Below are positions 53,718 to 62,400 of a stretch of 64,000 nucleotides of DNA, in pieces (positions within the stretch are counted from its first letter, which is position 1; the number at the start of each line of letters is the position of its first letter). The translations under genes and the position numbers were made by a program. Origin of the DNA: a virus (Duplodnaviria > Caudoviricetes); IMG/VR virus record IMGVR_UViG_2799112677_000001, positions 154 to 64,153 of that record; one strand, given 5' to 3'. A model generated the notes under the pieces. It saw only the letters and a list, made by a program, of their open reading frames with translations. It was not told the DNA's origin and did not search any database.

Positions 53718-54170
53718 TTATAGCAGGGCAAAAATGACATTGGAGAATATCCCCAACTCTATCCACCACATCCAGCGCTTGTGGTTGATGGCGGCAATCA
53801 GGAAAGAGGCGGCCAACGGCAGTAGCTGGGCGCCGTTGAAGATGAGCCATGCCACCGATGCAGCACCCATGACGATGGCGGCTCCGTAATGGATGCGGCT
53901 CACCCATGAGTCTCGGAACTGCGGCGACGCGGCAACGAAAAGCACGGAGGCACAAGCAAGGAAGGCACAGAACTCCAGCTGGCCGGCACTCACCCACGGC
54001 ACAAACAGCAAGATGCCCACGGCGGCAAGGGTGGCACTGAACGTCCACCGCCTGCCGACGTGGTAATAGGTCTCGCTGATGCTCTCGGGGACACCGTGCC
54101 TAACAATATACATGGCAAGGTAGAGAACCAGCACGACAGCCGCCGCTATGACGCTACAACTCAATAACAT
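53718..54170 (-). CDS. Multi-TM membrane protein (150 aa)
   Basis: GVPESISETYY motif, about five hydrophobic helices. Confidence 0.7.
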   Translation of the reverse strand: MLLSCSVIAAAVVLVLYLAMYIVRHGVPESISETYYHVGRRWTFSATLAAVGILLFVPWVSAGQLEFCAFLACASVLFVAASPQFRDSWVSRIHYGAAIVMGAASVAWLIFNGAQLLPLAASFLIAAINHKRWMWWIELGIFSNVIFALL

Positions 54171-54663
54171 TTTCGTAGCAACTCCAATCGACGCTGTCCT
54201 TCTCCATCCATCCGCGCTGGTAGGTGGCCTGAATGAACTGGATGGCTTGCAGGTAGAAGCTCTGAAGTTCTTCCAACGTGGTAAACTCATGGTAGGTTGG
54301 CTCCTCTGCAGTACCAAACTTGAACGTTACAGGAAGTACGCCCTGGCCGTTCATCTGCACGGCGAGGTCATAGATAGCCTTGTAGTTCGTTTGGTTCTCA
54401 AGCGACAGCCAAACCCTATATTGCGTGCCATCAACGGCAGTCCACACAAAACCGCTAAGGATGGTCTCGTCAACATCCTCGTTGATGGCGCTGATGATCA
54501 TCTCCTTGATTTCATCAAGCGTGGGCCTGTATTCGACAGTTCCACGGAACTGCCATTTGCCATTCTCATCTTCACCGAAGCCGTAAAACACCTCGTGACG
54601 GCGTACTCCTATCTTCTGGATGCCGTCAAAACGCTCTATTGCGCCGTAACATTTCTGCATCAT
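54154..54663 (-). CDS. DUF4376-like tail-fibre assembly/chaperone-type protein (169 aa)
   Basis: VWLSLENQTNYKA...LPVTFKFGT...GW.EKD pattern; follows the fibre/DGR module. Confidence 0.65.
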   Translation of the reverse strand: MMQKCYGAIERFDGIQKIGVRRHEVFYGFGEDENGKWQFRGTVEYRPTLDEIKEMIISAINEDVDETILSGFVWTAVDGTQYRVWLSLENQTNYKAIYDLAVQMNGQGVLPVTFKFGTAEEPTYHEFTTLEELQSFYLQAIQFIQATYQRGWMEKDSVDWSCYENVIEL

Positions 54664-54685
54664 AATCGAAAAATTTAAGTTTGCA

Positions 54686-54736
54686 CAAAGTTACGGAGAG
54701 TTTTTCAAGAGCCAATCGTTTTACTGAAATCTCAAA
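54686..54736 (-). promoter_or_regulatory. Late-type promoter, copy 4
   Basis: Box at 54725-54736, 31 nt, TAACTTTG at 54686-54693. Confidence 0.75.
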
Positions 54737-54738
54737 AT

Positions 54739-56037
54739 CTATGAAAACTTGTATTTGACTTTGTTGCCGTCGAAAACCTCACTGACTATGGTTGTTTCAA
54801 AAGGAAATCCGTTCTCCATTTCCCTGATCTGGTCGAGGATGTTTTTCATTTCCTCCGAAGCGGTAAAGAACTTGCCCCACTCTTTTGTGGCAGGGTCGAG
54901 GAAACTCACGATGTAGCGATCCTCTCCCTGGCTCGTTTTTATTCCGCTCTCGTAGTCGTGTACTTCAATAACTTTATTGACGATGGCTCCAAGGCGCATC
55001 ATCTTGCCGGGGAAACGCTTCTTTCCATCGGCAGGCGTGTATGTCACGCCCATCTCGCTAAACTTTTTCATTTTCTTTCCTGTTAATGTCTCGTATAGAT
55101 GGTTACAGTCTCCATGTATAGCCATGCCCTTAAACGATCCAATGAGGGCAACACGCCGCTTCCTGGACTTCACCTTGGCCATGTGGCGGGCGAATTTCTT
55201 CTTGGTGCGCTTCCTTACCAGCGAATGGGTTCCGAAACTGATATAGCCGAGGAAGTCTATACCCTCACTCACGGGGCGCACGCACTCGTTAGGCTTTATC
55301 TCCAGCCCAAGTGCGGCGAGCTGGTCTTTCAGCATGTCGCGCCAGATCCACAACTGCCGCTTGTCGCCGTGAAGCATGACAATGTCATCGCAGTAGCGGT
55401 AGTAATAGCGCACGCGAGCCACTTCCTTCATGGAGTGGTCCACGCTGTCAAGTATGATGTTTCCGAAGCACTGAGACGAACGCAGACCTATGATAATGCC
55501 ATTCGGCGTCACGCGGATGAAGTTCTCAAGTATCGGCAACAGGGTTTTGTCCTTGATGTAACGGCACACGACATCGTACATCAAGTCTTGGTCGATGCTC
55601 TCAAAGAATTTCTTGATGTCACACTTGTAATAATACCTGGTGCCCTCAGGGTCGTTCCTGATGTCACGGGTGAGGATATTGTGCAGGTAGTGCATACCCC
55701 TGCCCTTGATGGATGCGGCACTTGTGGGTATCTGCGACCTGTAGCACACCTCATCCACGATATTCATGATGGCGTGGCACCCTATGCGCTGGATGACTGG
55801 CGGAGCCTGTACAGTCCTTATCTTGGGACCGTCAGTGACGAGCATCTCATGCAGGGCCGTGATACGAAAAGAGCCGTCTCGGATGGCGGCCATCAGTCGT
55901 TCGATGATTTGGTCCTTACGAGCACGGAGTATTTCTTTGCGGTACTTGTTCTTCAAGTCGCTAATCACGTCATCGAAGCTGACGCTCATGTTGCCCGGCT
56001 CGATGATCCGTTCTATCAAGTTGCCAAATCTCTTCAT
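54739..56037 (-). CDS. DGR reverse transcriptase (432 aa) with a ~110-aa C-terminal extension
   Basis: KIRTVQAPPVIQRI, SIKGRG, KCDIKKFF, GIIIGLRSSQ, YYRYCDD and GIDFLGY; adjacent TR/VR pair. Confidence 0.97.
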   Translation of the reverse strand: MKRFGNLIERIIEPGNMSVSFDDVISDLKNKYRKEILRARKDQIIERLMAAIRDGSFRITALHEMLVTDGPKIRTVQAPPVIQRIGCHAIMNIVDEVCYRSQIPTSAASIKGRGMHYLHNILTRDIRNDPEGTRYYYKCDIKKFFESIDQDLMYDVVCRYIKDKTLLPILENFIRVTPNGIIIGLRSSQCFGNIILDSVDHSMKEVARVRYYYRYCDDIVMLHGDKRQLWIWRDMLKDQLAALGLEIKPNECVRPVSEGIDFLGYISFGTHSLVRKRTKKKFARHMAKVKSRKRRVALIGSFKGMAIHGDCNHLYETLTGKKMKKFSEMGVTYTPADGKKRFPGKMMRLGAIVNKVIEVHDYESGIKTSQGEDRYIVSFLDPATKEWGKFFTASEEMKNILDQIREMENGFPFETTIVSEVFDGNKVKYKFS

Positions 56038-56224
56038 CTTTGCCTTCAGGCGTGTGGCTCATCACTTCCGCTTTCGCTACTCACAATATGCCACAATTTC
56101 TTTTGTTCCGGTCTTCTGGAGGAAATTAACTTCCATCGTAGGTTTGCCGAGGCTCATGTCCCTCGCTCATGCAGTTGCGACACGTCGCGGTTGTAGAGGA
56201 ACGATTGTTACCCATAGAGGGATG

Positions 56225-56346
56225 CCTTGAATTTAAGCCGAGCACCGTTGTTGCTGTTCGTGTTCGACGAAGCGCGGTTCGCATTAACGTAGGCGAGACC
56301 GCCGTTCGCGTTCGTATTGTTGCCGCCGCGAGACACAACCCGGCCT
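56225..56346 (-). repeat. DGR template repeat (TR, 122 bp)
   Basis: Reads GRVVSRGGNNTNANGGLAYVNANRASSNTNSNNGARLKFK; rich in AAC/AAT codons. Confidence 0.97.
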
Positions 56347-56374
56347 ACGTTGGGACAATCCACCTTTCGGGAGG

Positions 56375-56404
56375 CAAAATTACACAATCCGACGAAAAAA
56401 ACAA
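56375..56404 (-). promoter_or_regulatory. Host-type promoter for the TR-RT transcript
   Basis: TAATTTTG at 56375-56382 with a TTG about 19 nt upstream; lacks the late box. Confidence 0.55.
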
Positions 56405-56447
56405 GCAGAGGACTCCAAAAAAGTCCTCCACCTGTTTTCATTTCGGG

Positions 56448-56478
56448 AGAGTGAGCAGCCGCAAGCGGCTCTCACTCT
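56448..56478 (-). other. Hairpin/cruciform downstream of the VR
   Basis: AGAGTGAG-C-AGCCGC-AA-GCGGCT-CTCACTCT, 14-bp stem with one bulge, 17 nt beyond the target stop codon. Confidence 0.75.
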
Positions 56479-56495
56479 ACGCTTTTTCGAGCACG

Positions 56496-59400
56496 TCAAC
56501 GCTCAACGATAACGCCCCTGAAGGCAAGCCGAGCACCGCTGTAGCCGTACGCGCTCGACGAAGCGCGGTTCGCACCAACGTAGGCGAGACCGCCGTCCGC
56601 GCTCGCATAGCTGCCGCCGCGAGACACAACCCGGCCTGTTGATGCGCTGTACTCTTGCTGGTCACAATAGTAGGTATTATAGCTGCTGTTATCAACCAGC
56701 TTACTCGGAACCATGTCGCAGTAACGGCCCCAGCGAACGCGGGCAATCTCGGTTGAACCAGATACGCCGCGCACCGCACGTTCGCTTTTGGCGACTGGAT
56801 CATAGACACGCCAGATGTTGTCAACGCTGCTACCAGAAGGCACGGAGCACCTATTGCGATAGTAGGCAGCGATGCTGCTGACATTCACTGCAACATTGTC
56901 CACCCAACACCATCCGTTACCCCATGGATCCTCAATGCCGAGGCTCCTGCGGCTTCCGTCGCCGAGATGGATGGAGTCACTGCCGCCGGTGGCGGTGTTG
57001 AAACCAGCGGCACCGATGACCGCACCGATATGTCTGCGGCCGTGCACCGCCATCCACAAGATAGCGAATATCTTGTGCTGTTCGTAGTCGATGAGCTGGT
57101 AGCCTTTCCCTCGCATCTTGGCGACATTGCGGAAGTCAATCCAGCTCCACTTCGTCACGGTGGACGAGTCACTGTTCACGATATCAAGTTCGCCGTCGCT
57201 GTCATACACCCAACCAGTAGCGGCACCATCCGAATTAGTTCCCCACCTGATGCCTTTGCCACTTAGTGAGCGAAGCACGGGAATGGTCTTTTGTGTGCCG
57301 CCGACAGTGACGGTCTTGGTGATGTTGGCGGCAAAATAGGTGCCAACTAACGAAGGCTCATTCTCGACCCAGTCGGGCTCGATGGCCTCGATGGCCGTGC
57401 TGTCAACACCGATGCAGCCGACACTGGCACTTGCAAGTGCCGTGAACACAAACCACTTGGCACCGGCCGGAACGCTGGTAAACAGGTAATCACCAGCAAC
57501 GTAGTCGTTGTTGGCGTTTGTGATGTTGGCAACAAGCTTGCTGATGACTTTTCCGTCAGCGTCCAGGAATAGGCATGCCAATGCACTGCTGCTCACACCT
57601 GGCCAGCGTACCTGCTTCATGCCCTCGACATCAAAGCGGCAAGTGTTGTAGGATACATTACTCGTCAGATTTTCAACATCAAACACGTCACCGACGGCGA
57701 AGTCATCACTTACAACGCTCTTCGAGGCTTCAAGGATGATGTCAGACGCCGCGGCCCGGCGTACGGTGGTGGCTGAACTGCGTGGCATATCATCGTCTGC
57801 GGATAGGAACAGATACTTGCGCTGATTGAGGTGGTCGTTTATGCCCTTGTACCAGAAATGCGGCAGCTTTGTCATGATGTCGTATCCGAGTCCGTCGCTA
57901 TCAGTCCTATCGAGATAGTCGCCGCTCTTCAGATAGTTGATGTCGCTGTCGTCTATCTGCTCGGCCTGCATGTAGGCCTCATCATTGCCGCTGGCGGGAA
58001 CGAAGGTGCACTTGTAGCTGTGGATCTTCGACTTGATGAGGCTTATATGGCCGCTCGGAGTGTACTTGTTGTTGCCGTTGACACCGCTCGTGCCGTTCTC
58101 CAGGTTGGTCATGTTGGCATCGTCGGTCATTGTGTCGTCAAAGACCATTCCAGTGTACTGTGCGTTATACACGTCCAACTCGGGGAAGTAACGCTTGATG
58201 TTAGCCAGTACGGCGGTGTCAATGTAGTCACTCATCACCCACACACCCGTCAAGCCAGAGCACTGCCCAATCTCGGAGTATGCGGTACCATCGGCGGCAA
58301 GGCCAGTCACACCCATAGCCATCAGGGCAAGCAGCGTGGCGCTGGGCCCGGTGACGTTGATGTCTGCAAGCCTCAACTTGCCGATATTGGCACCAGCATT
58401 CACGATGTCGGCCAACAGCTGGGCGCCGTCAATCAGTGGACAGCCGCCAATCATCAGCTTGGTCACGGCAGACATGCCTCCGTCGAAGCTGAGGCCACCA
58501 GGGTAACTCAACTTGGGAAGGTTGACCATCGTCAAGTCTGTAACAGTGGATGGCAGCGACAAAGAGCTCACAGGCGAGGTCTCTGCAAGCGACAGGTTAG
58601 TCAACTGCGATCCCTCGGCAAGCAACATCTCCAGTCGCGGGCAACGGCTGGCATTTACGTTGGTGATTACGGTGTCCCTGATGTCGAGGTGCTTCAGGAA
58701 CGGCAGCTCGCCGAGGTTGAGGTTGCGCAACGCACCGTAAGAACCGATGCCCATGGTGGTGTGGCCTTCTCCACCAATCTCTATCTTCTCGGCCAGTGTA
58801 AACACGTTGAAGTTGGCCACATCACTCAACGAAATTTCGTTGAAATTGATTTCTGAGATGCGGTCACACTGGTAGATATAGAGCAGAGCGCCCTCAATGC
58901 TTGTGCCGTCGGTGCGGTTAAAGCCAGTGAATGTGTGGCTATCTCCTGCCTCCAGGTAAACGCTCTCCTTCAGGTCACCAGAGCTGTCAATACCGAGACC
59001 GAAATAACCAGTCTTTGCAGCCTTAATGGTGATGCCTGCACCGGTGGCGCAGTTGATACGCGCACTGAACACGCCAGTGAAGAAAAGGCCAGTGCGATAG
59101 TAGCCGTCACGGAAGCGGAAGCGAGTGTTGATAATGGCGGGGATGCTCGTCAACCTCAGACCGTGGAGTGCATAGAAGTAGATGGCATCAGCCGTGGGCG
59201 TGAAGCTGATGAATTTGCGCTCACCATCATACGAGCTCACGGTCTTCTGCCACTTGTAGCAAATCATATCCATAAAGAAGTGCATTGCACCCTCTGGACT
59301 GAACGGGGCCATCGTCAGCCCGTCAAATGTCGACTGGGCCGAACGCAGGGCCGCGATGACGGTCTGCATAGAAATCTCTGCTCCAGCATCGTCCAAGACA

Positions 59401-62400
59401 ACAGGCTGCTGATAGATATTGTTCCACAAGATGGAGCCGTAGCCCGCATAGGGGTTATTGTAACCAGTGGCTATATCGGTGGGCTTGTTGGGATCTACCT
59501 CGGGGTCAACGGTGGCACCGCCGTCGTTGTCCTTACCAAGCAGACCATCGGCATCATAGATCTTGTTGGGGTACATAATCAGCGCAGGCTGGTAGCCGCT
59601 AAAGGTCTGGTTGCACCACGAATTCTGATACACGCCATTGATGACGCTCTGACCCTCGTCGAGGAAGAACATTGGCTGCATGTTCTTTGCCTGCTGGTCG
59701 ACGGCCAACAGGTAGTCGGTGAAACCGTCATAGACCATCAGTGCCCTCGGGTTGGCAAAGTAGCGCAGGTGGTTGTACCAGACGCTCTTGAAGCCCGATA
59801 CCTTGGTATAGTCGCACGAGTTGCAGAAGCGCAGGAAGGCGTACAGGTTATAGGGCACCTTCTTGCCCATGGCGAGGTCTATCTGCAGCTGGTCGTTGTC
59901 AACCATGCACTCAAAGAACTGCGTCCATGCGGGATAAGGTCCGGTGACTTCGCCTGACGCCTCAAGCTTCTGCACCCACGACGCGGAAGTCTCGACGGGC
60001 GCCATCATGTCGGCTATGCTTGATACGCCCATGAACCAGTCCATGCCGGTGTAGGCCAACAGCTCATAGCCGTCCACGGGATTAAGCACGTCACCAGCGA
60101 TCACCCAGTTACCGTTCACCTGTCGCATCGTGCCTGTCGTGTCCACCCACGCGCCGTTCTGCCAGCGCATGAACTTGTATGACGACCCGCAATACATGGA
60201 CAGCAGTACGGGGTGGTTCTGGTCGAAATCGGACGGGTCTTCGGAAAGGAAGCGGGTCTTAACCTTCTCGATAGTGTTGTCCTCAGGCAGACCGAAATAC
60301 TCGGTAAAGCTCTCGTCCTGGTAGTTCAAACAGCCGAGGTTATAGCCCGGGGTGTCCTTAAAACCGAGGGCCACCTGCTCGCCTTTGTCCTCCTTCCAGT
60401 TTCCCTTGGCGTAGAAGTAGATATTCGCTCCCGTACCGTCCGGGTCGCGGAACATGGCAATGGGATGGTTGGCAGTCGAATGGTTCAACTGCAAGCCCGT
60501 CAACACAATGTCATTAAGCGTGTAGGTGCCGTTAAAGAAACGCTGAGCGGGTGTAAGGAACTTGCCGCCCAATGCACGATATGCCGCGTTCATCATGTTG
60601 CAGGCACCACAGTCGTTGGCGTTGGTGCTGTCGGAGAAGTCGACCTTGGTAGTGATGACATCCACTGGGATGGTATTCTCACCGACGCGGATCTTGTTCT
60701 TTGCAAACAGCGCTACGGCCTCGTCCCACAGCGAACCATCGTAACCCATTGCGACAATCTCCTCACGCGTATGCAGCGGCTTGATGATGCAAACATCTTT
60801 GTAGGTTTCACCATCAACAACATACGTCGTCTTATTCTTGCTCTTGCGGGCAAGGTTGTAGCGGGCGTTCTTTATGGGACGCTTGGCCGATGTCGTGCCT
60901 TGATTGCGCTTGCGCACGTTGTAGGATATGAAGTCACGCCACGGACGTTTCGGGTCGCGGTAGGTCAGGTTGATAAACACTTGATCACTCGTTGATGTGG
61001 TGTTGTCAAGGCTCTCAATGTCACTGCCCTGGAAAGGCGACTCAATGAGGTATGACACATCACGCTCGGCCATTTTCGACATCGTGGGACCGTTAGCGGT
61101 ATTGCCGCCCCACACGTCCTCGAACTCATACTCGGACATCATGGCGGTTGCTTCGGTCAACTTGACCAAGTAATTGTAGAACGACTGCTGCCAACCGACG
61201 TAGTTGTTCCACCCAATCAGGTAGTACAGGTAGAAGTCGCCATCCTCGCCTTTGAACTTGATGCTATTAGGCTGGATGAGGTTTGATCCGCTGGGCACAT
61301 ATCCCAGACATGCGGCCTCTTCACCGTTGAGATACAGCTTGATGAGCGAGTAGCGTGTGCCGTCCTTCTCAACATAGTTCGTGCCGGGCTCGACAACGAT
61401 GCCCACCGTCACCTTCTCGCCGATAGGATAACGGCGCTCCTCCCTGTCGTGGTTACCAGTCTTGCATACGATGACCACGCTCTTGCCGTCAACATAGAAG
61501 CCTGCGCCAGCGGTGGGGTCGTAGCACTCCATGAGGCGCGTGGCATCATTCTTGATGTTGTTGGCGGCGAACTGGAACAGAATGGCATAGCCGCTACTCT
61601 CGATGCCCGCATTTGAGAACGGGGCATCGTTCAGCTCAGCGGTCACACCTTCCTTGATGGCAAGGGCATTCGCACCGAGGAAGTTGTTGAAGCCGTTCGA
61701 CGACCAGTTTGAACCGGTCACGGCGATGTTGTAGCGGTCGTTTTGGCCGCTGACGATGCTGTGGTCTGCCTCGCTGTTGGTGCGGTTCGAGAAGTTGAAG
61801 TGGTAGTTTGCGCCCTCGGTCAATGCGGCATCAATGGCACTGCCACGGATGACAAGCACGACTCGGTTGCTCGCACCGTAGGCGCCGCAGTGAGCTCGGT
61901 AGGTCAGAGTGTCCTCATCGTTGCCGCTGGTAATCTGGCGAACGAAGGTAGCCACATTATTGCGAGCAATGCCGATGGAGTTGAGCGTCACGCCGTTCTC
62001 CTTGATGTCAACTGATGCGGTATAGTGTTGCGGGTCGTAGGCAGCAATCTCAAGTATCACGCTGTCATAGCGGCGGATAAAGCCGTTGTTCTTGTCATTG
62101 TAGCGGATGGCCACGATGGGAGTATTGGTGCCAACAGCCACAACCATTACAGACGAGTAGATGATGTTGCCTTTCACTCCGCTGGCAATGTCCGTGCCCT
62201 GGATGCGGATGGGATAACTGCCATGATACAGGATCTCGCCGCCACCGAAGGCATTGTTCGGGCTGATGCTGATGTTGTGGGCATAGGTGTCGGTGATAGT
62301 GGCCTCGCCAAGCGTGCGCCATGCGTTGTTGTAGAACAGCTCCACCTTGGCCAGGATGCTGCCCTGGTTGTTGGGGAACTTGTACATGGGCAGGGACTTC

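Larger units (their letters stand above)
54739..56637 (-). mobile_element. Diversity-generating retroelement cassette (VR - hairpin - TR - RT)
   Basis: RT plus a TR/VR pair with strictly adenine-specific mismatches. Confidence 0.97.

Noticed and set aside
54739-56037. RT as a group II intron, retron or Abi RT
   Set aside because: The adjacent TR/VR pair with A-only mismatches and the lack of maturase/endonuclease or msr-msd features identify it as a DGR RT
1-56200. A second VR/target gene for the DGR
   Set aside because: No other match to the TR or RGG...GARL C-terminus was seen by eye; one could lie in the truncated ORF beyond the left edge, and an alignment search would be needed to exclude it
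56208-56441. 77-aa minus-strand ORF spanning the TR
   Set aside because: It is open because the TR mirrors the VR reading frame and overlaps the predicted TR promoter; translation is not supported, though not excluded
55099-60995. Long plus-strand ORFs (55099-56196, 57831-58856, 58935-59957, 60213-60995) and many similar ones genome-wide
   Set aside because: They lie antisense to well-supported genes, lack family motifs, and are the expected shadow of GC-rich third-position codon bias
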